DNA from: a virus
Taxonomy: Duplodnaviria > Caudoviricetes
IMG/VR virus record: IMGVR_UViG_2799112742_000018
Coordinates: 50,065 to 114,064 of that record
Length of the DNA stretch: 64,000 bases
Direction: 5' to 3' (one strand)
The position numbers and the translations under genes were made by a program. The notes beneath the pieces are model-generated. The model did not search any database. It was given only the letters and a program-made list of their open reading frames with translations, and had not been told where the DNA came from. Shown piece by piece: positions 1 through 8,849 of the stretch (its first letter is position 1; each line of letters starts with the position of its first letter).

Positions 1-48
1 CTCGTATGGCAGATAGTCGCTTGTTGTTACTGATCCTTTCTTGCTCAT
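1..48 (-). CDS. N-terminus of a probable tyrosine recombinase/integrase (runs off the window)
   Basis: ATG at 48 with AAAGGAG upstream and its own promoter. MSKKGSVTTSDYLPYE resembles the 'TT.DY' N-terminus I recall from small Bacteroidetes phage-integrase-family proteins. Only 16 aa are visible. Confidence 0.45.
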   Translation of the reverse strand, partial: MSKKGSVTTSDYLPYE

Positions 49-73
49 ACTCCTTTAGTTTTAATTTCGGTTG

Positions 74-105
74 CAAAGATAATATGTTTTTTCTTAACCT
101 CCAAA
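74..105 (-). promoter_or_regulatory. Bacteroidetes housekeeping promoter (-33 TTTG, -7 TATCTTTG)
   Basis: Minus-strand TTTG-N20-TATCTTTG upstream of ATG 48. Confidence 0.8.
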
Positions 106-201
106 TAATTTGTTGAATAAATAGGTTAAGAAAAGTTAATCAATACATAAAAGCTTCTTTCTGAATAAATTAAAGTATGTGCGTACATTATACATAATAA
201 G

Positions 202-234
202 AAAAAGCGCAGCTTATTCACATAAACTACGCTT
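202..234 (-). terminator. Intrinsic terminator of the dUTPase operon
   Basis: Minus-strand hairpin AAGCGTAGTTTAT-GTGA-ATAAGCTGCGCTT followed by a T run. Confidence 0.75.
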
Positions 235-264
235 CACAATGAAGAAAAATGTACTTGCTGTATA

Positions 265-708
265 TTACTTTGTGCCAGAATGTCCGAAGCCACCCCCACC
301 ACGCTCTGTATCATCCAGAGACTCGACCAAGCTCCATTGAATTTGCTCGTGACGTGCAATAATCATCTGAGCTATGCGTTCTCCAGGTTTGATTTCAAAT
401 GCCTGGTCTGAGAGGTTGATGAGTAGTACCATTACTTCCCCACGATAGTCAGCATCCACCGTACCTGGAGAGTTGAGTACGGTGATACCATGCTTCAGAG
501 CAAGACCACTACGAGGACGTATTTGTGCCTCGAAACCTACTGGGAGAGCTATATGGAGGCCTGTTGGTACAAGCTTGCGTTCCATAGGGAACAAAATGAT
601 AGGACTTTCAATGTTAGCGCGGAGATCCATACCAGCGCTCTGAGGTGTTGCGTACATTGGCAATTCCTGATTGCCATTGTTTACTACTTTTACTAATGTT
701 GTACTCAT
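265..708 (-). CDS. dut: Trimeric dUTPase
   Basis: Motifs [39 protein letters not shown]. Confidence 0.97.
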   Translation of the reverse strand: MSTTLVKVVNNGNQELPMYATPQSAGMDLRANIESPIILFPMERKLVPTGLHIALPVGFEAQIRPRSGLALKHGITVLNSPGTVDADYRGEVMVLLINLSDQAFEIKPGERIAQMIIARHEQIQWSLVESLDDTERGGGGFGHSGTK

Positions 709-1037
709 CTTTTGTATTTACTTTCTAAAATTATTTCATTCTTTTTCATATTTCTTGTGGCATAGATACGTCTGTCAATCCCCTGTTCTCTGTCAAAGTC
801 AAGCAAGGTCAGAGTTCCCAGGTCATCACAATCCATGATGTATTCCTTGGTATCCACTTCACGCCAATACATACCCTTTGCCGCTATAATCTTGCCGCTA
901 CACGCCTTAGCAATCATCTGATGAGAAACACCAGTTGTCTTTGCTGCCGTATAGTAGGAGCTGAACATTCCCACCAATTTAAGATTTGAGTCAAAGACTA
1001 TAACGCTTTTGATATGGTCATTCTTCTTTTTGCTCAT
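705..1037 (-). CDS. NUMOD1-like HTH DNA-binding protein
   Basis: F.S...AAKTTGVS...I.KAC.GK...AKG.YWR pattern; no nuclease domain. Confidence 0.65.
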   Translation of the reverse strand: MSKKKNDHIKSVIVFDSNLKLVGMFSSYYTAAKTTGVSHQMIAKACSGKIIAAKGMYWREVDTKEYIMDCDDLGTLTLLDFDREQGIDRRIYATRNMKKNEIILESKYKR

Positions 1038-1482
1038 GACGAGATTTGATTATTTCCTGAAGAGCCTCATCTGGTAGTTGAAGCGATGCCATTTGCATAA
1101 CAAAGCCTTCACTAAACGCTATACCATTGGTAAGGCAAGTGATTACCATGTTGTTGAAATAGAAGCATGTTTCAGGGTTTACATACTGAATGAATATCAA
1201 TGCCAACGAAACATCTATCAGTAGATGCTTGTCTGTATTTACATAGAATAGTTCAGAGCTTTTCTTTTCTGTATTCTTGCAAATAGCATCAATATATCTA
1301 TAACACTGAGTGTAGAACGCTGAGTATGGTGGTAGTTCTGCATCGACAGCTTCACAATATACCGTAGCATCGAAGACTATCTTTTCAGGATTGATATTCC
1401 CGACAAAAATATCTGGGATGTCAGGAAATATATTCTCCTGACATTCCACTATTTTTGTAAGTTGATTAAGCTTAGGCTTCAT
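1018..1482 (-). CDS. Hypothetical protein, possibly KilA-N-like
   Basis: Overlapping operon member; FDAT.Y and LALIFIQYVNP motifs. Confidence 0.5.
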   Translation of the reverse strand: MKPKLNQLTKIVECQENIFPDIPDIFVGNINPEKIVFDATVYCEAVDAELPPYSAFYTQCYRYIDAICKNTEKKSSELFYVNTDKHLLIDVSLALIFIQYVNPETCFYFNNMVITCLTNGIAFSEGFVMQMASLQLPDEALQEIIKSRHEQKEE

Positions 1483-2008
1483 ATCGTTCTACTATTGATG
1501 TATAAGACTCAGGGAACAGATAGATATTTTCTGCTGGATCAAGCTTAGAATCTACAATGACAAAATCAGTCATAGAACGTCTAAGATAGTTTCTTAGGGT
1601 AACAATGGCTGAATTGATAGACTCTTCAGCAACAACAAATGCCTGAGAGGTGTACTTTTCCTTGCCAGTCTTCTCATCAATGTGTACGAACTTAACTTTG
1701 ATAACAAAGAAACCATCGTTGTCCTTACTGAAATAGCACTCTACTCTTCCTTCCAGATCGTTCCCATACGTATCTTCGCATGTAACCTTGTTATCTATGA
1801 AATCCTTGACCTTGTACTTTGTCTTGATGATTTCATACTCAGGTAATCCAAACTGGCCCCATCCATTCTGTTCTACGATAGCATAGACAAGTTTTTCTGC
1901 ATCTGTGTAGGTTTCACACTCAGCAAAGGCCTCAGTCTTGGCCTTCTTTACCTCGCCATTATCATTCTGATATTTGTAGGCGAACTTCAATCTAAAAATT
2001 GTACTCAT
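1472..2008 (-). CDS. DUF4494-like protein with two tandem domains
   Basis: Repeated F..K..Y/F.....G..K....F......TDAE/SA pattern. Confidence 0.65.
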   Translation of the reverse strand: MSTIFRLKFAYKYQNDNGEVKKAKTEAFAECETYTDAEKLVYAIVEQNGWGQFGLPEYEIIKTKYKVKDFIDNKVTCEDTYGNDLEGRVECYFSKDNDGFFVIKVKFVHIDEKTGKEKYTSQAFVVAEESINSAIVTLRNYLRRSMTDFVIVDSKLDPAENIYLFPESYTSIVERYEA

Positions 2009-2030
2009 ATTAAATAATTTGTTTTGCTGT

Positions 2031-2044
2031 TTTAAGGATAATAG
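2031..2044 (-). promoter_or_regulatory. Putative phage late promoter CTATTATCCTTAAA
   Basis: Copy of the recurrent CTATTA-N5-AAA motif, 22 nt before ATG 2008. Confidence 0.6.
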
Positions 2045-2207
2045 GGTTTATGCACATCATCTTGACTGTTAAAGAAAAGTTAAAATCTATAATTGTCTTA
2101 TATACAGGTGTTTATATTTGAAGAAAAATTTCATGTAATAGGTGAAATATCTTTTAAGATTGGAATTATATAAGTTGGTGCTGGATGGATGTAAAAAGAA
2201 ATAAGAC

Positions 2208-2221
2208 CTATTATTAAGAAA
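2208..2221 (+). promoter_or_regulatory. Putative phage late promoter CTATTATTAAGAAA
   Basis: Identical 14-mer also at 11568, 18282 and 61418, each about 10-11 nt before an ATG. Confidence 0.8.
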
Positions 2222-2232
2222 ATTACATAGTA

Positions 2233-3501
2233 ATGAAAAAGAGAAATTCAGTAGAATCGGGAGGTCAGTACTTTACAAGCAATGACCTTGTATCATACTA
2301 CAACGAGACCAAGAAGACCATTCAGGACTACGTTGATGAAATAAGAAGGCATTGTGGATACAAGACAGTCGTATCTCAAACTGCCGATGGAACTATCCTT
2401 GATGATCGAGGAAGACTGATGGATCTTTATGATTCATGTCTCATGCAGGATGCACATCTCAGGTCTTGTATGGAAACATTGTATTCATACATTACTGGTG
2501 AAAGATATGCTCTCGGCACTATTGACGAAAGGGGTGAATTTGTCATTGATGTTGAAGAAACAAAGAAAGTACAGACACTTGATTTTGAGAAATTCATAAT
2601 CGGTATTCAGGATGCTACGGCATACGGATATACATTGTTCGATATTTCCTCAAAAAGAAACCCCGCTACTGGACTTCCAGATTATATAGGTACGGTTGAG
2701 CGCCGTAATGTTCTTCCAAGTCAGAGACGAGTAGTCAAGACACAGGGACAATGGATGCCTGGTTGGGATCTTGATAGTGAGAGATATAAACACAACTATA
2801 TCCTTATTGATACTTGTGGACTCGGTATGTTTGCCACCAGTACACCTCTTGTATTGGCTAAGAAATATACCGTTTCAAACTGGGTAAATTTCAGCCATAC
2901 ATACGGACAGCCTATCATTCATGGCAAGACAACCGCAACCGATAATGAGAGTAGAAAGAGATTGGCGCAGAGTATTGTAAATGCAGCCCAGAATAAGGTT
3001 GTTGTTACTGGTACTGATGATGCTATTGACATCAAGACATTTACAATGTCAAACTCTGAGAAAATATTCCAGAGCCTTATTGAGAATTATGCTAATGCCG
3101 AGATTTCAAACCTTATTCTTGGCTCTGAGTCTATGGCTGGCGCTACCCAGTCTTATGTGGGATCAACTAAGGCGCATGAGGATATTCTTAGGAGTAGAGT
3201 ACGTAGGTATCGCCGTTTTATTGAGCAGACTATCAATGAAAGAATACTTCCAGAATTGGTTTACTGGGGTTTCATCAAGCCTGGCCTTGTATTCAAGTAT
3301 TCTAAGCAGCTTGATATGTCTGTTGAGGCAAAAACCGAGGTATTCAAAATGCTTACCGCAGCTTATGATGTGCCAAAGGAAACTATCAGAAATGAGTTTG
3401 GCGTTGAGGTAGGAGAGCAGATGAACCATAAGCAGCAGTTGGTAAGTAAAACCACTGGTAACGCAAATGCAAGGGTAAATTTTCTGAGGGGAAAGCAATA
3501 G
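2233..3501 (+). CDS. Portal protein (Mu gp29/DUF935-like)
   Basis: LMDLYD...DAHL, YGYTL, W..F...YG.P, N.EIS.LILG and HE motifs; first gene of the head operon. Confidence 0.85.
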   Translation: MKKRNSVESGGQYFTSNDLVSYYNETKKTIQDYVDEIRRHCGYKTVVSQTADGTILDDRGRLMDLYDSCLMQDAHLRSCMETLYSYITGERYALGTIDERGEFVIDVEETKKVQTLDFEKFIIGIQDATAYGYTLFDISSKRNPATGLPDYIGTVERRNVLPSQRRVVKTQGQWMPGWDLDSERYKHNYILIDTCGLGMFATSTPLVLAKKYTVSNWVNFSHTYGQPIIHGKTTATDNESRKRLAQSIVNAAQNKVVVTGTDDAIDIKTFTMSNSEKIFQSLIENYANAEISNLILGSESMAGATQSYVGSTKAHEDILRSRVRRYRRFIEQTINERILPELVYWGFIKPGLVFKYSKQLDMSVEAKTEVFKMLTAAYDVPKETIRNEFGVEVGEQMNHKQQLVSKTTGNANARVNFLRGKQ

Positions 3502-3532
3502 GCGGTACTGTTTTCCCAGACATAAAAGCCGC
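3477..3532 (+). other. Putative -1 ribosomal frameshift signal (A_AAT_TTT plus H-type pseudoknot)
   Basis: In-frame XXXYYYZ heptamer at 3477-3483; stem 3489-3497/3509-3517; loop pairing 3502-3506/3528-3532; the -1 frame is open 3462-4385. Confidence 0.7.
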
Positions 3533-3533
3533 A

Positions 3534-4385
3534 TTGTCCGAAGATGAGGATGAGGAGAATAAGAAGAAAATGCTTGATCTTTTTATTGCCCTTATCAGAT
3601 CTATGGGCAATGCAGATTCCCGCGAGGAAGCCCTGTATCAATTAGCTGAATTGCGTACTGAGATTGCTGTGAATAGAGCTTTTGATGGATTTAATATTGA
3701 ACCTGAAGATGCTCTTAGCTTGATACGTGAAATGGATGTTACCAAGCTTTCAGAAGAAGATATTGAAAAGCGTAATGTTCTTATTGCGGCTATCAGTAAT
3801 CTTATTGAATTTGCAACTTGTGAGGAATATCATCTTTATAAAGATGTAGAAGAGCAAGGCAAGGATTATACCGATGAGGACTGGATAGATGAAAATCTTG
3901 ACGATCCTCTTTCGCCATTCCTCAATATTAACCATAAGTACAACGAGGTATATGCCGATGTGGAGGATTCTGATATAGAATACTCTATGGCTATGGCTTG
4001 GCTATGGGTAGTTGAGTGGGATAAGCATACTACTCTTACCTATATGACACAGAATGATGATCGTGTACGTCCCTGGCACTATGCGCTTCAGGGGTTTACG
4101 GCAAGGAGAGACGAGTTCCCAGAATGGATGATACCACCTATTGAATGGGCTTGTCGTTGCTATCTTGTTGCTGAAACTGGAGTAAGTGCGAAGCTTGATC
4201 TTAATGTGATGGCAAAACAAAAGACACCTAAGAAACCAAAGGAACTTGATGGTATTTTTAAGGAGTCTGTTTGTAAGTGTGGGCGTATTTTCTCTGATGA
4301 GCATCCTTATTTTCAGATTGATGATAAGGATGAAGATATGCTGAAGGGGTTTGTTGAACGTTTAAGGCAGAAGTATTATGGCTAA
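3534..4385 (+). CDS. Minor head morphogenesis protein (Mu gpF/SPP1 gp7 family); start uncertain
   Basis: Y.T..DDRVRPWH..L.G, PP..W.CRC and HPYF motifs. Confidence 0.88.
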   Translation: MSEDEDEENKKKMLDLFIALIRSMGNADSREEALYQLAELRTEIAVNRAFDGFNIEPEDALSLIREMDVTKLSEEDIEKRNVLIAAISNLIEFATCEEYHLYKDVEEQGKDYTDEDWIDENLDDPLSPFLNINHKYNEVYADVEDSDIEYSMAMAWLWVVEWDKHTTLTYMTQNDDRVRPWHYALQGFTARRDEFPEWMIPPIEWACRCYLVAETGVSAKLDLNVMAKQKTPKKPKELDGIFKESVCKCGRIFSDEHPYFQIDDKDEDMLKGFVERLRQKYYG

Positions 4386-5193
4386 GAAAATATTAGGATT
4401 TAGAAGTTCTGGCCCTAATAAAAGCCCATATCTCGGATTCTTTTCTCAGAGTAAAAACGCTATTATTAGGAGTGCTTCTTATGGGATTCATCATCCTGTT
4501 GGTAATCTGAAAATTTCAAATCAGCTTAAAGATTTTAATAGGGGTAAGCTGAGAGATGTGGGTTATATTCCTGAAAAAGGCCCAGGTAAGGGGCTTACTC
4601 AAATTAAGGGTGATCAGTTTGCGCAACATCTTAATATACTTTCTAATCAATTTGATATTGCTACTTGGATGTTTATTCAAGCTTTAGGTTCCCACATGCT
4701 TCAATGGTTTCAAAGTAGCTTTAAGAATAAGGGGCTTACTACTGATAGATGGAAAGCGTTGTCTGATACAACAAGAAGAAAAAGAGTAAAACTCGGATTT
4801 AGTGCAATTGATACACTTGTTAGGACTGGAAGGTTAAGAGATTCATTGGAAATGTATCCGCTTCCAGGAGGAAAAAGTGTAAAAATATTAACCAAACCAA
4901 ATGCGTTTAGAGGTGCATATCCTGAATTTATAGGATCTCATAGACGTAAAACAATATATAATGGTAATGTTGGTAGATCTGGATTCTCAGTAAATGGTAG
5001 GCAATTATGGGGGCGTTTAGGAAGAATATATGCTGGATGTCACCTTAATAAGGATAATGAGCGAATGTATCGACCATTTATGACCGAGGATATTAGAGGT
5101 AATGAAAAAAAGAAGATAATAATCCTTATGGATGATATTCTCTTCTATGGTGTGTTTAACAGGGTAATGGGATTCTCAATATATAAAGGTTAG
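4378..5193 (+). CDS. Virion morphogenesis/neck protein (Mu gpG-like)
   Basis: WKALS..T...R, L..TGRLRDSL, YA..H and RPFM motifs. Confidence 0.75.
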   Translation: MAKKILGFRSSGPNKSPYLGFFSQSKNAIIRSASYGIHHPVGNLKISNQLKDFNRGKLRDVGYIPEKGPGKGLTQIKGDQFAQHLNILSNQFDIATWMFIQALGSHMLQWFQSSFKNKGLTTDRWKALSDTTRRKRVKLGFSAIDTLVRTGRLRDSLEMYPLPGGKSVKILTKPNAFRGAYPEFIGSHRRKTIYNGNVGRSGFSVNGRQLWGRLGRIYAGCHLNKDNERMYRPFMTEDIRGNEKKKIIILMDDILFYGVFNRVMGFSIYKG

Positions 5194-5195
5194 AT

Positions 5196-5951
5196 ATGAT
5201 AGTTGATAAGAAAAGCAAAAATGTGATTAGTAACAATCAGGCTAATTCACAGCACATAGAGCCATTGGGAACTGGTGACAATCTGCCACCAGAAATGCCT
5301 TATAATGGTATAATTGAGGTATTTAAGGCTATCAAGACTATCTTGAAAGAGACAAGATGGTATTATAATGATCCTAATAGTGATTTTATATTTAAGACCG
5401 TCCAACACAATACTGGTCAGTATGAATATGAAATTACTGGCCACATGAACACTATGGCCGAAATAGCGTACCCAGCCGCATTTATCAGCTTTATTAATAT
5501 GAGGTGGATAAATGGTCAGAATACGGTTAATGAGGGTTCTGCCGAGTTACGTATCCAGTATGTTATGAACACATTGAATAATCATGATGACGATAAGGAT
5601 ACTGAACTTTATTATGTAGGACAGCGTATTATTCAGACAATACAGGAAAGAAGAGGAGAGTTCCCATGTCTTCAGAAAGAATGTAAGTTGACATTCATGG
5701 ATACCGCCACTTATATGCACAATGGACTTCAGGCTTGCTGGCTTACTTATTCTATCAAGTTTACCGAGGTTAGTGTGTGGGCTGAACGCAATAGGATTAG
5801 TAGGTTTATCATCACACCACCATTTACTAACCATTCAGACCAGAAAGATCCTGAATTGCAGAATCCGATGCACCATAGCGATGCTCATCATCCACGTGCC
5901 TATGATGAAGCTACGCATTTTGATAATTTGGAGGATAAATTCAAATCATAA
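5196..5951 (+). CDS. Probable tail completion/terminator protein
   Basis: Position after the gpG-like gene; YPAAFI.F motif. Confidence 0.5.
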   Translation: MIVDKKSKNVISNNQANSQHIEPLGTGDNLPPEMPYNGIIEVFKAIKTILKETRWYYNDPNSDFIFKTVQHNTGQYEYEITGHMNTMAEIAYPAAFISFINMRWINGQNTVNEGSAELRIQYVMNTLNNHDDDKDTELYYVGQRIIQTIQERRGEFPCLQKECKLTFMDTATYMHNGLQACWLTYSIKFTEVSVWAERNRISRFIITPPFTNHSDQKDPELQNPMHHSDAHHPRAYDEATHFDNLEDKFKS

Positions 5952-5986
5952 GTAATTGTGTTACTATTAATTATAAACAAATCAAT

Positions 5987-7249
5987 ATGAAACAAGAAGA
6001 TTTGAAATTCGTAAAAGGAAGCGTTGAGCGTGGTAAGCCAGCTACAATATGCTTCTTCTCTGAGGTAGAGAAATGGAATGTCCAGGACTTTATCTGGGAG
6101 TTCAATTGGATTAAGGATCGCCAGCCTTCTGAGATTAAGGTTCTCATTAATTCTGTTGGCGGTAACTGCGTTGATGGTATCAGTGCTTTCTCTACTATCA
6201 TCAATTGTGAAATTCCTGTTACCTGTGTCATCGAGGGTATTGCGGCTTCTATGGCTTCTATTATCTGGGCTGCTGGTAACAAGTGTCTCATGCGTGATTA
6301 TGCTCTTCTTATGATCCATAATCCCTGGTCTGAGAAATCAGATGATCCAGAAACACAGCGCACAATCGAGAATTTCACAACCCAGTTGAAGACTATTTAT
6401 ACCAAGCGATTCAAGATGGATGAGGAAAAAATTACAGCCATTATGAATGGTGAGGATAATTATGATGGAACATTCTTTACTGCTCAACAGGCAGTGGAGG
6501 CTGGCTTCATTACTGCTGACCAAATCATTGAGACTGGGAGTGTTAGCGCATCTATTGCAGCTAAGCTTGAAGGTGTCAGCAATTCTTCCGCTATCGTTTC
6601 TATCATGCAGGGTGCGATTGATCAAAATCTAAAAAGTATTGAGAGTCGCACTATTATGAAGAAAGAAGATAATTTGTTAAACAATAAAACAAACAACATG
6701 AATCAGGAATTTCTTACAGTAGCCGCACTTCTCGGTTTGACAGGTGAAAAGGCTAATGAGAGCGCAGTATCTGCAAAGATCCAGGATCTTGTTAAGGCTT
6801 CTAAGGAGCTTGAGACTCTGAAGGCTGAGAAGAAGGCTCTGGATGAAAAGGTATCTGCCCTCAACACTGAGCTTGCTGGTAGCAAGGCTTCAGTAGAGAA
6901 TCTTACTAAGAATCTTAACGATGCTCAGGCAGCTCTTGACAAGTACAAGCAGGCTGAAGAGGCAGCACGTACAGCTTCTATCAACGCTATGATTGATGAT
7001 GCTATCGCTGCTGGTAAGATCGGCAAGGATGCAAAGGACACATGGGTAGCAATGGCTGAGGAAAACTTTGACCTCGCAAAGCAGACTCTTGACTCTATCC
7101 CAGTACGTGAGGACATCTCTGCTCAGATTGCACAGGATCCAACTAACAAACAGAAGACTGCCGAGCAGATGGCCGATGAAGAGGCTAAGGTAAAGGCACA
7201 GGTTGACGAGGTTGTTGGTAAGGATTTTGCGTTCCGTTCTCTCAAGTAA
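5987..7249 (+). CDS. ClpP-type prohead protease with C-terminal scaffold domain
   Basis: INSVGG, GIAASMAS, LMIHNP, TFFTAQQAVEAGF; coiled-coil C-terminal half; lies before the major capsid gene. Confidence 0.92.
   Translation: MKQEDLKFVKGSVERGKPATICFFSEVEKWNVQDFIWEFNWIKDRQPSEIKVLINSVGGNCVDGISAFSTIINCEIPVTCVIEGIAASMASIIWAAGNKCLMRDYALLMIHNPWSEKSDDPETQRTIENFTTQLKTIYTKRFKMDEEKITAIMNGEDNYDGTFFTAQQAVEAGFITADQIIETGSVSASIAAKLEGVSNSSAIVSIMQGAIDQNLKSIESRTIMKKEDNLLNNKTNNMNQEFLTVAALLGLTGEKANESAVSAKIQDLVKASKELETLKAEKKALDEKVSALNTELAGSKASVENLTKNLNDAQAALDKYKQAEEAARTASINAMIDDAIAAGKIGKDAKDTWVAMAEENFDLAKQTLDSIPVREDISAQIAQDPTNKQKTAEQMADEEAKVKAQVDEVVGKDFAFRSLK
6698..7249 (+). CDS. Nested in-frame scaffold protein (183 aa)
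   Basis: Internal late-promoter copy at 6651-6664 and an A-rich leader (AACAATAAAACAAACAAC) before in-frame ATG 6698. Confidence 0.65.
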   Translation: MNQEFLTVAALLGLTGEKANESAVSAKIQDLVKASKELETLKAEKKALDEKVSALNTELAGSKASVENLTKNLNDAQAALDKYKQAEEAARTASINAMIDDAIAAGKIGKDAKDTWVAMAEENFDLAKQTLDSIPVREDISAQIAQDPTNKQKTAEQMADEEAKVKAQVDEVVGKDFAFRSLK

Positions 7250-7278
7250 TATTGAACAACTAAAAAATTATCAATAAT

Positions 7279-8379
7279 ATGGCAACAACATCATTTTCTT
7301 TCGGTGCAGGTCAGTCTAACTACACTGGTGAGGTACTTAACGATCTGCTATCATACACAGCTCAGGAGAATGAGACCTACAAGAATGGTCTGATCCACGT
7401 TGAATCTGGCATTCAGAAGAAGCTTGCTCTTCCTCTTATTCAGCGCCAGCCATTCATTCAGTCTCGCACCCCTACACCACGCCAGGCTTCTCAGAACAAT
7501 CTTTCTGCTGATAGCTACGGTGGCTTTACATTCACCGAGCGTTATCTTGAGCCACAGGACTTCATGATCTATCTTGAGTTCAATCCTCGTGACTTCGAGA
7601 GCTACTACAAGCAGTTCCAGCCAAAGGGCAACCTCGTATTCCGCGAGCTTGATCCACGTGTACAGGCAACTATGCTTCGCCTTCTCATGGAGGGTAAGGA
7701 GTCTTATATTAACAACGCTATTTGGCGTTCAGCTAAGGCTACTGATGCAGCTCATGTAAAGGACAATGCTTCTACTCCTGCTGCTCAGACAATCATCGGT
7801 GGTGACGATGCTGCTGGTCCAATGAGCTTCTTCGGTGGCGCTCTCTATCGCATTATCGCTAATGCTAATGCTACTGCTGGCTCTGAGGAGGCTAATGGTG
7901 GTAAGGTTACTGTCACTGGCAACGCAAGCTTCACAGGTAATGTGGCTACTGCTGGTGCAGCTATCGAGACTGAGATGTACAACATGTGGCAGCATCTTCC
8001 AAAGGAGCTTCGTTCTGATCCAAAGCTTGAGTTCCTTATGGACTACAACACATGGGACATCTACGATCAGTATCTTTCATCTAAGGATGTTAAGTACACT
8101 GACAACCGCGAGGAGAACCAGCGCCGCTTCAGAGGTCGCCGCGTAATCCCAATGGTTGCTCTCCCAGACAATACTATCATCCTCGGTAGGTTCACAACAG
8201 GACGCGACTCTAACCTCTGGATGGGTGTTGACTATGCTGATGCAGAGAACACAATCCAGGTTGATCGTCTTCAGAACAACTCTGAGCTTTACTTCTTCAA
8301 GGCTCTTCTCAAGATGGATGTTAATATCGTCCGTCCAAAGGAGATTGTTGCTCACCTTCCATTCACATGGTCTGCGTAA
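7279..8379 (+). CDS. Major capsid protein
   Basis: 366 aa, follows the protease/scaffold gene, strongly biased codon use, followed by a terminator. Confidence 0.8.
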   Translation: MATTSFSFGAGQSNYTGEVLNDLLSYTAQENETYKNGLIHVESGIQKKLALPLIQRQPFIQSRTPTPRQASQNNLSADSYGGFTFTERYLEPQDFMIYLEFNPRDFESYYKQFQPKGNLVFRELDPRVQATMLRLLMEGKESYINNAIWRSAKATDAAHVKDNASTPAAQTIIGGDDAAGPMSFFGGALYRIIANANATAGSEEANGGKVTVTGNASFTGNVATAGAAIETEMYNMWQHLPKELRSDPKLEFLMDYNTWDIYDQYLSSKDVKYTDNREENQRRFRGRRVIPMVALPDNTIILGRFTTGRDSNLWMGVDYADAENTIQVDRLQNNSELYFFKALLKMDVNIVRPKEIVAHLPFTWSA

Positions 8380-8401
8380 CTTTTTCTGCATAATAAAAAT
8401 T

Positions 8402-8435
8402 GAGGGGTGGCGGTTCTATTCCACCACCCCTTTTT
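8402..8435 (+). terminator. Intrinsic terminator
   Basis: GGGGTGG...CCACCCC hairpin plus TTTTT. Confidence 0.8.
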
Positions 8436-8450
8436 CAAAACTAATACACT

Positions 8451-8837
8451 ATGGCAAGACGTATCACAAAAGAAGAAACCGAAGAGGTTGTAAAGACACA
8501 GGGAGTACAGGAAACACAGGAAACCGAGTCAAGTACTGAAACACAGCAGGAACAGGAAACTGAGCAGAAGACCGAGACACAGGAAACTGAGCAGGAGCCT
8601 GAGACACAGGAGCCAAATCCTGATGTTGAAAAACAGGAGGAACAGGAGGATAAGCCTAAGACTGAAACCAAGAAGGGTGATAAGATCCCTGAGAATGTGG
8701 AGGCTCTTATGAAGCTTTATCCTCACATGAAGGAGATGATCATCAACTCAAAGGGTTTCCTCTTCACACCTGGAACACCTCAGTCAATGCACAATGACGG
8801 TATTCTTTACAAGAACAAGTTTTTCAATAACAATTAA
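8451..8837 (+). CDS. Acidic low-complexity virion-associated hypothetical protein
   Basis: ETQE-rich repeats; lies between capsid and sheath genes. Confidence 0.7.
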   Translation: MARRITKEETEEVVKTQGVQETQETESSTETQQEQETEQKTETQETEQEPETQEPNPDVEKQEEQEDKPKTETKKGDKIPENVEALMKLYPHMKEMIINSKGFLFTPGTPQSMHNDGILYKNKFFNNN

Positions 8838-8849
8838 AAATAAAATCAA

